A stretch of DNA of 64,000 bases, taken from the NCBI RefSeq assembly GCF_009834535.1, contig NC_045697.1, forward strand, positions 41,790,001 through 41,854,000, given 5' to 3'. The notes under the pieces were generated by a model. The model ran no database searches. It was not told the DNA's origin and worked only from the letters and a program-made list of their open reading frames with translations. The translations under genes and the position numbers were made by a program. Every line of letters starts with the position of its first letter. The stretch's first letter is position 1. The DNA comes from Camelus ferus. Its lineage: Eukaryota. Positions 51,709 through 64,000 of the stretch are shown one piece after another.

Positions 51709-52734
51709 GACAACAATCTAAAACATTTTTGGAGGTTAAAACCATAAGGCTGTGTGATAGATTTATATGCTTTCTTTAGAATAGATGAGAACGTCAATAC
51801 CTTTCTCCCAACCAGGAATTATTTAAGAGCTCTCTATTCAAAGGAGAGAATAAATGGGAATAAGTCTAGTCTCCTATCTTCTTGATAATTCCTCCTCTTA
51901 TTTCAACATTACCATGGGCAGCAAACAGAAATACAATTGCACCATTTAGTAGGTACTGTTCAGTATGAAGAAACTTGAAGTAAAGTTGCAAAACAGTAAA
52001 CAATAAAACACCTTTAAAACAAAGAGGGTGTTATTTTTTCTTTGCCTCCCCCAATCTCTGCTTTTGAAATGTTTTAAAACATTTTTGAGAAAAGCTTCCT
52101 CTCTATACACCTACTATCAAGGGAAAGGGCTCTAAAACCCTCATCAAATAATTAAATGTTTTATACAATGTAGGTGGATTTTAAGTGTGCTCCGAGCACA
52201 AAGCAAAACCTGTAGAGGTATCTGTCCCAGTGCACAAATCACCTGCAGTCCCCAAGAACTCCTATGTCCATATCTCTCATAAACATGTGAGTCCATGAAA
52301 AAGGAAAGTCTCTAATACTTAGTGGACTTTAATTGTGAAAACGTTAGCCTGTAAGTGTTGGGTCAATATGGACAATAAGCAGATAATACCCAGACAGATA
52401 CACAAATGAGAGTCTTCACAGATGAGTGAGGAAACGTCAAGAGAACACTGGGTTAACTTTCTTCCTGGAAAGCAAAATCGACAGCTGAGGTCAACCTGCT
52501 TTATTGCCATACCTAATGAGTGAGTTCTACTGCTTAAATTTCATCTTTGGAAGAAAATATAGACATGTACCTATAAAAGCCTTAGCAATACAGGCAGGAT
52601 GCAGTTTCATATTTCTAGACACGGTTGTTGATAGCACTTAAGGTTGGAGAAGGAAAAAAAATCAGTTATATATGGTAATACAAGTCATAAGGGTGCTTTT
52701 TCTTGCTCTCCTGTAACACTGACGCTACTGCTAA

Positions 52735-52940
52735 TGATAGTAATGGCAGCTAACCTTTAGTAAGTGCTGTCTATGTGTCAGGCACTGTTGTAGCTACTGT
52801 TACTATCATTCCCACTTTTCAGATGATGAAATTAAGGTGCAGAATTACTGAGACAGTAATCAAAGACACAAAGCCATAGCACTGGCAGAGCCGGGATTCA
52901 AACCCAGGCAATGTGGATGAATAGCCCAAGCTCCTCACTA
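52735..52940 (-). mobile_element. MIR SINE
   Basis: gcagctaacctttagtaagtgctgtctatgtgtcaggcactg...cagatgatgaaattaagg...ggcagagccgggattcaaacccaggca. Confidence 0.85.
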
Positions 52941-53544
52941 TTGTGTCATACGTATAATGAGCTGACCTCCGGGTCTCTTCTGAAGAATTCTAATTTCAAA
53001 TATTCTACCCTGAATCCTCTTGTTTCTCTGATACATGTCTCAACTTCACTTTCCAAAAACAGTTCCCACAAATTCTATATAATCAGCTCCAACAAGATGC
53101 TTCTGTTAAACTATAAAAGAAAAACCAAATTGATTGTGAAAATGTATGGAGAAAGAAAAGTCTTTCCTTTCCTGCAAATTGATGTAAAAAATGTGCTCCC
53201 TTACTCTGATCACCAAATAAGCATCAAATTGGTGCACTGAAAGTTTCTCAGCTTTGTGTTTTTTGGTTTTTTCCCCAGAACAGGACTGTAATAACTTAGA
53301 GTTAGATGATCATAGAAGACGTCCGTCAAATGCAGTTGGAAGCACCATCTCATAACAATACCTGGGAATCAGAGCTAATGCAAGAGAAATACCAGAGTCC
53401 TCTGCAAGGAATGACAGAAATAGAATAGCAGCTTGATATCCTTGAAATGACAGACGCTGAAGGCTGAATGTATAAACAACATTCTCAAACCCCTACTCCT
53501 TTCTGCATTTTTCTACAGATTGGAATCTAAGCATTTATTTGTAA

Positions 53545-53865
53545 TATGTAATAATACTGTAATACATCGTAACTCATTTATTTCATAGTTTGGATTACAA
53601 TCCAATATTACTTTATTTATTCCATTACATTGTTTCCGTTTTATCTACTGGGAGCTGTTTCAGTTGTTATTTTGTCCCTGTGACATACCCGCATAATCAT
53701 GTTTTTGTTTTTAAATAGCGCGGCTTTGCCTTCTGGCACTACATAATGCTGTAGGTTCATCTTGTACATTTCCTGCCTCAGTCCCAGAATCAGACATTTT
53801 TCCCAACAGCCCTGATTCTTTGTTGGAAAATAGTATTAGAAACCAAAATCTGGGTGCTCAGTGTA
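53545..53865 (-). mobile_element. L1MC/L1MD-type 3'UTR fragment
   Basis: ttctggcactacataatgctgtaggttcatcttgtacatttcctgcctcagtcccagaatcag...tattagaaaccaaaatctgggtgct. Confidence 0.75.
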
Positions 53866-54275
53866 GGGCTGACTTTTAAAAAAAATATTCCATAGAATTT
53901 TTCATTAAGTTTCTCGAAATTAAATGTGCTATTTCAGCTTTGCACAGCTCATATCCTTCCCCGATAACTTCCTTCCTTCCTTCTCCCTTAACATCCATCC
54001 CTGTTTCACAATATTCCTAAAGGGTCACTGCATCCATTCTCCACCTTAGCTAACCGGCAAAATGTAGATGCCCTATAGTACAGGCTTTCCAGTTACAAAG
54101 CTAGCAAAATTAAAACAATCACAACATTAAAAAACAAAAACAAAAACAAAACTTCATCCCACCCATGTGAATTTTATCATCATTTCCACACTCATGCTCG
54201 GTGAGTGTACACTTTTGATTGAATATGACTTCTGGAGAAGGGTTATCTTTTGCTGTTATATATCATAGTATCAGT

Positions 54276-54324
54276 TATATATATATATGTGTGTGTGTGT
54301 ATACACATATATATGTATATATAT
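54276..54324. repeat. (TA)n/(TG)n compound microsatellite
   Basis: Directly visible. Confidence 0.9.
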
Positions 54325-55083
54325 AAACTCTTAAAGAATTAAATATAGAATCTTTAGATCACCTAGATCACTACTGCCTGATAATAATAGCACTGAGGAT
54401 TGAGAGTTGAGTATAAAAATAGAATTCTAAGAAAAGGGGGAGCTGAAATTTCCAGGCACTGTTACGTTTCCACTTTTTTCCTCTCAAAAAAAGCACAGAG
54501 TAATTTATTGGGTAAGCTAAATGATCTGTGCTATTTTGAGGAAAAGAGGATGTCCTAGCAAAAAATAAAAATAAAAAAGGAAATCATACGTTTATTATTG
54601 CTTATTCACCCATCAACTCTAGTTCCGTCACCATCTCCCATCCCTGGCTAGCCGGAAAGCCAAATATTTTTGACATTAGCTATTTGGCTAATGAACATAC
54701 GTCTGAAGTTCTCTCAATTCTGACATCAGTTATAAATTCAGTCGAGTACATGACAATGAGGCCCAAATTAAACTCAGACGTGTTAAAGATGGAGCACACA
54801 ACATATAAATAGCAATGACACTTTAGAAGAAAATAGAGCTCTTCAATCAGCATTACAATTAAAAAAAAAAAAAGAAAATGACTGCTTTGGGCCAGGTGCT
54901 TTACATACACATAAATGATTTCATTGAGCCCTCTAGTTTAGTCTTCCTGAATCAAGTGCTTTAAATTCCATTAAAAAAATAAAGGTTAAGTGATTTGTTC
55001 ACAAATCCATGAAGCATACCTATGAGTCCAGATTTAAAGACATTTTTTTCTGACTAAAATTCACATACAGCACAGAACCACTT

Positions 55084-55460
55084 GTGTATTTCAGGATTCC
55101 AGCCAGAAACAGCACATGCAGATTAGAGTAATCCATGGAGGGTTTAATAAAAAGACTGTTGCCAAAGGCATAACTGGGCAGTAGGAAACCCACAAAGGCA
55201 CTACCCCAGGCCTGTACCACCCCCAGGATACGGCCAGCTGGAGGCAACGCACCCAGCCCACCACCCACAGTGACGGAGTCAGGGTAACAAACTCCTTATT
55301 CTCCTCCCTCCACCCAGTGCCTTGATTAGGTCTTTCGTGTGCCAACTCCAACCAAAAGGCATAGGACAAGGGAGTGGGGGGGTGGTCCTCACTGCTGCCC
55401 ACTGGAGCAGAGAGCAGGTGGGCGGTGCCTAAGGAGAGGCAAACAGAATAGCTCAGCAGA
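55084..55460. mobile_element. ERVL LTR16-like solo LTR, opposite orientation to the 23.2-kb copy
   Basis: ggattccagccagaaacagcacatgcagattagagtaat...gccaactccaaccaaaaggcataggacaagggag...ggagcagagagcaggtggg. Confidence 0.65.
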
Positions 55461-57574
55461 TGCTGAAATATTTCTAACTATTGGTTTGAGCATAGAAACA
55501 ACATAGGCTTCACATTTAAATATGCTAAATATTTAATCTCTTGAAAATAAAGTTGAAAACCAGCAGCTAAAGACCTTTGCACTGAATCTTTCTAAATGTG
55601 TTAAGAATCAAAGGTGAGTTTGTTCATTTGGGGAAAATATCCAAAGAAAAACCACAGGAACAATGCCAAGGGCTCAAGAAGAACCTTTGCTGGCTGACAA
55701 GGTAAGCCAAAACAAAGCCCTGTAGCCCTTCAGTTTTGGTTTGTTTTGTTAAGTCAAGACTCTCTAGGCAAATCTTATTTTTGCTGAAGCAATTCTGAAT
55801 CATGAGAAGTTACTCCCGAAGAACTGTGTGGATCTAGCTCTGTCACTGAGTGGTTGAATATGCTTAGTTAGACAAGTGATTTAATAGCATTGTTGTGCCT
55901 CAGCTACTTTTTCCACCTCTACTACAATACCTAATCCTCAATCTTATATATGTAATTACTTATCAAGTTAATATTGCATCTGATCAACATAGAGGGAAGC
56001 ATATTGCAAAAGGTGTTTCCAGCCACTGCATCCATTTCTCTGCTGATTTTGACTGACTGCTGTTCTATTTTTCTTTTCATTTTCTTGCTTTTATGTGTAA
56101 ATTGTCTAAAAGATTTAGAAACATACAAGGAATAGGTCATCAATAAATACAAACAATAAAGATACAAGCTAACTTTCAAAATTCAATAATCCAATAATCT
56201 TTTGAATGTATTATGGATGTCTTCCGCAGAAGAACCCAATTGGAAGTCTTTTTGAATATATTATCTTAACTGAAATAAATAATCCCTCTTATTTGTATTC
56301 ATTTTGATTTCAATATTCCAGACTTATTTCTAAAGTAAAAACACAATCAGTTCTGAAAGACATGAATAAGATATAATATATTCCCTGGTCAGATTTGGTA
56401 ATTTAATAAAAGTGAGTAAGTGATTTCACCTCAGTGGCCAACTCATGAAATCTTAGGATTGAATTTGGCCACAATAATTATTAACCTAGGAAATCAAGAA
56501 TTAGCTTAAGAAGCTTTTTATTCATAAGATGAAGTTGAATAGCACCGCAAAGAGATAAATAAGAATTCTGAAACTCAACCCAGCAGGAAAGCCTACAAGG
56601 GAAAATGTTCTCTATGAGGACAGCAAACCCTATCAAGTTATTGCTCCATCTACATCCCAGGGAATCTCAATTGCCTCTTAATGAGTGTTGGACGGGAAAT
56701 AGGGGCCCCGATACCACATGAAGGAGGGAGATGGATGCAGCATATGGAATTTATTCTCTCAGAGTGACAGAGTTTATTCATTTCAAATGTATGCACATTC
56801 TCAAGATACTATTATAAATGATTTATTGGGAAGACATTTTACCAAAAAACTTCAGCCAGAGCTCCTCTCTTCCTCTAACACACATAAAAAGAAAAACAAA
56901 GAAGAAAAGTGCAAGTTTGCCCTACCTAACTGGTGCACATTTCTGGTGCATTTCTTATTGCTCTTATTCATTGCAGATGAGCCTGGAGACACCTGGAGAC
57001 ACCTGTGAAAGACTCTGTCATCTACATTCCCTGCCCCCACCCAAGCTTAAATTTTAGGTCTGTTCATCCAAAAAAGAAAAAAGAAAAAAAAACCCTAATT
57101 TTCTTCCTTTTCAGAAAATTACCTGTCCATCATAAGTTTGGCCTCTAGATTTTTATACAGATGTCTTTGCCAAGCCAGAGGAGAATATTTCTGTTTTCCT
57201 TAGGATATTCTGAATTCAAGATAAACTTGTACAAATTTTACACAGCTAATTCAAGCCTCTGACACGGCTGTACTGTTGTCTTCGGCAGGGCTCTACTAAA
57301 AGTCACAATCAAAGTTCCCTAACGCTTTCAGATTTTTATTCAAGGAGTAATAAGCTGGTTCCTAACAAATGTACCCCCACCACACCCCATATACTTCATT
57401 TGACATTTTAAAGGTCCTAGTTCATTAATATTAGCAATAGAAGTTTTATTGAATTCAAGAATATGTAGGAGACTTTTCTAGACTTTGGGGAAGTAACTGT
57501 TATAAGAAAAACTCTCCAACAATGATAAGTAATAGCACTAGGGAGTGGAAAATAACCTGTGTCCCCAAAGAGTG

Positions 57575-58745
57575 TCCGTTCATTTACCTGATACTGAGCA
57601 TCTCTGGTCACCAGGCACAGTGCTAAGTGCTGGAAACACAAAGATAAACAAGCAGACCTCGTCCTTGAGTTCACTGAGTTTACTTACATTCTAGTATTGT
57701 TAACAGATGATTTTTTTTTTTAAAAGGCTATAATATTAAGTAAATAAATAAATGTCCAAATAAGTAGACATTGTAGTCAAGGCTGTGAGGGAAGCAAATA
57801 GGGTTTTCTGATAGGAAATAATGGGGTGGTAGCCTACATCATTTAGGGTAGTTAATAAAGGCCTCTCTGAAGTTCAAGCTAAGAGCTGGGCCACCCAAGA
57901 AAAACAGGCCTATAGATAGGAGAGGTGGCTCCAAGTGTAGGGAATTAAAAAAATAATCCTGGTTAGTGGTGTATGTAAGAGTCACCCAGAGGCCAGTGTG
58001 GCTAGAGCATGTTTCATAGGGAGAGGAGCCCAAGATGAGGTTAGAGGTGGACCTTGTCATTCGAGGCTACAGGTCACGGTAAGGATGTGGACCCTTCTAA
58101 GCAGGGATAAAACAGTGTTTGTCTGTTTGTTTTAATGGCTCTTTAGTGGAGAATGTGCTTGAGTGGAAAAGAGACGCTATGGGAGTCCCTTGCAGCACTC
58201 CAAGTGATGGTGGCCTATGCCACAGTGATAGTGGTAAGCATTAAGAAAAGTCGAAAAAAAATATGAAATATACTTTGGAAGTAGAATGGATAAGACTGTA
58301 AATGAGCTGAATGTGAGAAATGAGGAAAAATGGGACCCTGTCAAATATGGTTGGTGTTGCCACCTTCTGAGCTAGAAGAGGATGAAAAAGGAACTGGTGG
58401 TGGCAGGGGAGTGCACAAAGAGTAGCATTTTGGACAGTTGAAGTTTGAGCTGCATGCCAACCATGAGTCGGCTGAGTCTGTGCAGCAAGGCAGAAGGCTG
58501 GGGCAGGAATTCAGAAGGGGTGAGCCCTGGAGGAAGAGCTGACACTCCAGCTGGGCATTTGAGGAAGAGTAGGGCTTAGAAAAGCAGAGAAGGAGGAAGC
58601 CACTCCAGGGACTTAGAAGGATGGGTTGATCCAATTGTAGAACAATGACTGATAAGCTTAGCTGCAGTACAGACTTCTTGCAGGGATATACTGAAAGAGA
58701 AAATGGAGAAGTAAGTAGGAGGTAGATCAAGAGAACTTTTAAATT
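57575..58745 (-). mobile_element. LINE L2 (about 1.2 kb, decayed)
   Basis: ttcattt...actgagcatctctggtcaccaggcacagtgctaagtgctggaaacacaaagataaac; gaggccagtgtggctagagca; tttggacagttgaagtttgag. Confidence 0.8.
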
Positions 58746-58756
58746 CAAGCCTAGGA

Positions 58757-58809
58757 TTTTTTTCTTTCTTTCTTCTTCTTCTTCTTCTTCTTCTTTTTTT
58801 TTTTTTTTT
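58757..58809 (+). repeat. (TTC)n plus T-run pure-pyrimidine tract
   Basis: Directly visible. Confidence 0.93.
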
Positions 58810-61576
58810 GGTTTAATTTTAGGGAGCCATCAAGGGTAACTGAGTAGAGAGGTGGAGTGGGAGGAGTTGTGTGAATGAAGGGTATTATTAAAACAATGAC
58901 GACAACTCGTGTATGATTTTTGGAGGCAAGGGAATCCTCAGGGTAATCTCTCAGGGCACCATTTCAGTAATCGAGGTGTGAATGGATGAATGTCTGGGCT
59001 AAGCAGGGGCACAGAAACAGAAAGGAAGAGAAGGATAAAGTAACAAAAGAATATTTGGTGCCTGAGACATCAAGGGGGAGGGGAAATAGAGGAAATAATT
59101 TGGTAAATACTATTCATGCTTTTTCTTTCCTTGACCAACTGGTATACACGAGCAATGTCCTAAGCAGTACACAGCCTGTGTATCTGGCTTCATGCTTTGC
59201 TTCCTCTGGTGTGGCTGGCACGGGGATCTACAAAGCAATAGTGGGTGACATCAGGACCAAACTGGTGACTGCTCGGCCGGAGAAGTTCCGGCATAGAAAT
59301 AAGGAATGCTGAAGGATGAGATTAACATCTGCAAAATCTATACTTTGAACAAAGACACATGCACAATGAAATGTGTTCTGCAGCCCCCACAACATGGCAT
59401 TCAATCTTTTCCTGTTCTACTTCATATAAGGTCTTTCTTTTATGGGAAGGGGATGATCACCCGATAAATTTTGCAGAAGTACACTAAAGAAGAAAATACT
59501 GTCACCAGTAAGAGCTAGCTAAATGACAAGACAGATTAATAGTTGGTTTTATGTTTAATTTTGACAATCTTGTTTTTGTTATGGTGTTAAAACAGTATCT
59601 GGGCTTAGGCAATTCTTTCCCTTTTTGTGTTATGGTTTTACCATCTACAAAAGGAAATTGCCTTAAAAAAAAAAAAAAAGGAAATCACCTAATCTAATGA
59701 AGTGGGAGAGGGTTGTGTTTGAGTGCATGTGTACGCAGGCAGAATAATATGTATTCTTATAAACAATCGAGAAAATATAGAAGAAAAAATAGACATTAAA
59801 TATTGACAAATGGGTCTGAGCAAAACAATATTAAACATAATGCATTCCTTCCAAAGCATTTTATTCAAACTAGCAAGAAAAGATTTAATAATATTAATAA
59901 ACAACCTGCTCACAAAATATGATGAGTAGGAAGAGTGACTCTCATGATTCATTTTATTAACAAATGAAAAGATAAGATGGATGCCAGCAATTGCCTCCCA
60001 TAATGCCCACCTTCATTCCATTGGTGGTTGACAAATGATTCTGCATTGCACCCACGGTACAATATTAAATCCACTCCTAATCATTCATCACTTTATGGTT
60101 GTCCTGTCCTCAGAAACTTCAGTTATGCTTAATGCTTACTTTCCTTTAGTAATTGGTGTTCCACTCAAAGTGAAGTCATCTATTCTAAGCCAGCTTTGGA
60201 TTTTGCAGAGACAGATGCAATAAAAGCCTGCAGTCCTTCCAGACTATTTTGCTGGTGACTCTGCCATAATGGATCCTGCAATGGTTGAAAAGCTGTCCCT
60301 GGCTAAGGGGGCTGACGGGTTTAATATTAAACCATAATGAAGAGATGTCACAAAAATATCATGTGTACTTACTATCTGGTCTTTGGAGAGACCATCTCTG
60401 TAAATCGCAGCTCCTTCTTGGCATCTTCCGTGTTTTCTCTGGACCATATATCAATGTGCCCTCACGGGGCGCCATATTTCAACTAGTCACCCTGCTTCCC
60501 CCACCTCTCTACACACTTGCTTTTTAAATTCTCCATAAATAGCACCCTGTCCTGTAATTCATCTTCCACGCCTCATTCATCCTAAAGCTCAGCTTCTTGG
60601 CCCTGTTTCTGCCATATTAAAATACTTCCCATGGCAAGCTCATGTTTAAAAAGAAAATCAATTGTTCTGATTCATCTGACATGAGCTTCTGGGTATTTTT
60701 ATAATTTATTGTTCACTCTCAGGTCAATATCTCTATGATATCATTGTCAAATATTAAAGGCTGCTTAAGGGCACTGTGCTTATCAGAAAGATTTGCCCCT
60801 TTCATATCAGGAAGAATGATGCTCTCCTCCAGGGAGAATGCTTGAATTTTTTTAAAGCTGGAAGCTCTGAAACCTGGGTTTGCCACCTTGATGCAGTGGT
60901 AAGGAGACTAAAAGATGACTAGAGGAGTTCAAAAGGAAGGTCATCGTCCGTTTCTACCTCTAACAGCCTGTTGCAAAAATGGCCTCATTAGTCAGCCTCA
61001 GGCTCTCAAATGAAATGGAAAGCTAGAACTCCAGGGTACTGTCAGCTGGGAGACTCCTGTCAGTATAAATAGTCCACACATCAGTATACATGAACCCACA
61101 TCCTGGAAGGTTCAGACGTGTGTAGTGCCGGCCCTGAAACTTCACCTGCCACCACAACCCTAGCGATTAGCATGAGTCTGTGGAGACGCCAAGACCTGAA
61201 TCTCACGTTAAATATCTGAAGAGGAAGAAAACCACATGGGACCAGACTTCTTGGTTATAAAGAGGGAATATGTCAGCAGTTAGGCTGCAAAGTTCATCAT
61301 GAATTTAAACAACTAACTCTTATTCTAAAATATGCTGGCCCTTATCAAGGGCTTTCATTTTTATCTGCCAAGATGATTTATCGCTCTGTCACCTTTCTCT
61401 GTTTTTGCTCCCTAAATGAACATTCTTTAAGTAAATCTCTTTTAAGGTTCAGATGAAATAACTCTCAAGGGATGTCTGAAGGAAGGTCCAGTCCTTAGTA
61501 GGACATGGTCGTGGAACTGATTCGTAGTGCACAAAGACCAAGCTGTTCTCAATTAGGACATAAAGCACAAGGGCAT

Positions 61577-61630
61577 TGTGTGTGCGCGTGCGCGTGCAAG
61601 TGTGCGTGTGCGTGCATGTGTGTGTGTGCA
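61577..61630. repeat. Alternating purine-pyrimidine (TG/CG) repeat
   Basis: tgtgtgtgcgcgtgcgcgtgcaagtgtgcgtgtgcgtgcatgtgtgtgtgtgca. Confidence 0.9.
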
Positions 61631-62989
61631 ATGAAGTAGGTGTCAGGTCTCCACCCCTCACTTTTTCCCCCAATGGCAGGAGGTCAAACTATGTTTTCAT
61701 GACCGTAAAGGCCTGTGGCAAGGTGTAGAAGGAAAGAACTTTCCTGAAGACCTCAGAGCAAGTGGCAGCAGAGGCTGTGGATTGTATGGATTGTGCATAG
61801 GCACCTGGTATGAAAAGTTTTTCAATATCTGGCATCTACACATCTCTCTAGATTCATTTATTTTTATCTGCAGTACACTCTTTTCACTTTCTCTGGGTAA
61901 AGGAAACTCTCCCAGGTCCTTTCAGGGCCTCAAGGCATCATGTCAACTGCTGCTTCTACACAGGTCTCCCTTCTGCCTGGAAGCCATCCTTTCCTGTTTC
62001 CTGGTTAAGTCCTTCTTTTCCATGACGATGATTCTTGGAATCACCCTGACTGCAGAGGCAAAGCCAATTTGGGGAGCCATAGCAGACCAGATACTGTTTT
62101 ATTTTAATGTTCACATGAATCACTCTATGTTGATTTACTGAATGCTCTCTGCATGAACACAGCTTAGTTGCAAAAAGCATTTATTCATTTTCAGGCAAAT
62201 GTTACTGCTGTTACCACCAGACACCACTTACTGGTATCTTGTTATCGAAAAAGTGAGGAATTTCAAAATGAAGTGGTAGAAAACATTATTATTTATAATA
62301 AAATGGCTTAAATGGATAGTGAAGGAATATCAATCGAGTAAAACACCATACACATGCGTTGGCTATCTAATGTGAGCTCAGGGGTCTGAGACCAACTGAC
62401 GTACCCCCGTTGCCTTGCTCTTGTTCCATAAATGTTAGAGTTGTCTCCCTCACCTCCCAAAGCTTAGTGCAGTGCTTTGTACAGCAGGCACTTAATCACA
62501 TTTCTTGAATAAGTGACTAATTGAGGAATGATATGTGTCTATGTGTTTTTCTGGTTATTCTATATTTCTCACCCTTGTGGTTAAGGAAGAACTTATTTTG
62601 CTGTAGATGCTGAAGAAACAGTTAAAAGTGATCGCTGTTCCACTTAAAGTTCTTAATTGCAAGCAAAAGAGATGTTAAAAATGAATTTAAGCAAATGGAG
62701 AATTATTAGAATGTTATGTGCTCAGAATCAATGGGAGGTTAAGGATCAGGCTTCAGAGCTTCAGGGGACTAGAAAGGCAATTAGATAAAAGTGAAAAGCA
62801 GGGATCCAGAGGCATGGCACTCAGCCTACCACATAACTGACGTGTTACATTATGCATTTACTTCTGTATTCATGATGAAATTTTTTCTTGTAATTTGTGA
62901 AATGAAAATAAATGCTTATAAAATCATCCTTGTTCTGCTTTCCTCACAGTGTTGGAATATCAAGGTAGTTCTTGCAAATAGTTTGTTCT

Positions 62990-63555
62990 TAGAAAGACAT
63001 GGCTAAGGAAACAAAAAGGCAAGCTCCACACTGAGACAAAATAGTCAAGAAATATATATCTATCTGACAAAAGACCTCTATCCATAATATGTAAAGAATT
63101 CTTAAAACACATTAATAGGAAGATAATAAGCCCTTTAAAAATTAGCAAAATGTGTAAATAGTAAACAAAGTAAGATATATGAAAGGCCAAAAGGTTCATA
63201 GATACTCAATGTCATTAGTCATCAGAAAAAATCAAATTAAAACCACAATGAAATTCCACTAAGCACCAACTAGAATAACCAAAACATTAAAAAAAAAAAA
63301 AAACTGACATTACTAAATGGTGGCAAAGATGTGAAGCAACAGGAATTCTCATACATTCTGTTGAGAATATAAAATGGTACAATCATTTTGAAAACAGTTG
63401 GTCAGTTTCTCACACAGTTAAAAATACACTTAGCAAATTACTCAGCCATTCCACAGCTGGTTTCACTCGGGAGAAATTTAAAACACGTCCACAAAAAGAA
63501 CTGTGCATGAATGTTCATAGTTGCTTTATTTGTAAGAGCCAAAAACTTGATCAAT
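62990..63555 (+). mobile_element. Old L1 ORF2 3' fragment
   Basis: tctgacaaaagacctctatccataatatgtaaagaattc; tcattagtcatcagaaaaaatcaaattaaaaccacaatga; gaatataaaatggtacaatcattttgaaaacag; gaatgttcatagttgctttatttgtaa. Frames disrupted. Confidence 0.88.
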
Positions 63556-64000
63556 GGTATTAAAAACTGATTTTATATAGTAGACAGCACACACTTCTAG
63601 AGGCCAACTCCAAAGCCAAGGTAAGGGGATTAGGACCACCTTCTTAGCACCCTGCTTTTCTACACAGAAGGCAAACATCATGGAAGTCTCAGATTCTTCA
63701 TGGAGACTATTCGGCTCTCTGTGAAATTAGGCCTAGACATGCTGCTCTCATATTCGATCACTGTCACTCCAACACAGGATCAGTACATCTAGGCTTAATT
63801 TTAAAGAGAGTATTTTTCCTTTGTACCCAAGTCATGTTTGGTTACAACATTTTAGAATTAGATTGTCTGTGTGTTAGAGAAGAAAAGGGTAGATTTAGAG
63901 TCTGAAGAACTTAGTTCGTCTTTGTCTCAGGGCCTCTCACTTTCTAATGTACACCCACGTACACTCACATACACACAAATCATGTCTGACCATATTGGGC

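Noticed and set aside
56982..57005. 10-bp tandem repeat CCTGGAGACA x2.4
   Set aside because: Too short to be more than an ordinary slippage event.

Overview
Mammalian genomic DNA (AT-rich, CpG-depleted, full of old L1/L2/MIR/LTR/DNA-transposon remnants), not prokaryotic. One younger L1 3' end resembles camelid L1 as I recall it, so a camel/alpaca-type origin is a tentative inference. The window lies inside ARHGAP24 (FilGAP, a Rac GAP) on the minus strand. It contains the 123-bp phase-1/phase-1 coding exon for the end of the PH domain (11157-11279) and the alternative first coding exon of the short p73RhoGAP/RC-GAP72-type isoform (CDS 4110-4221, too short for the ORF track). Two internal CpG-rich promoter-like regions lie at about 4660-5230 and 1700-2350, the latter ending in a canonical splice donor. 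The rest is intron, and almost all other listed ORFs look like chance. Best leads: (1) up to three further phase-1-compatible candidate first exons or donors that could swap the FilGAP N-terminus (60373-60475, 1947-2439, 3901-4096); (2) a tailless 5'-half tRNA-Ile(AAT) retrocopy with a 20-bp target duplication; (3) an ETS/FOX motif cluster that looks like an enhancer; (4) a hAT MITE with a perfect 8-bp TSD. I cannot demonstrate a new biological system; the candidate exons are hypotheses. Repeat family names come from memory of consensus sequences and repeat boundaries are approximate.
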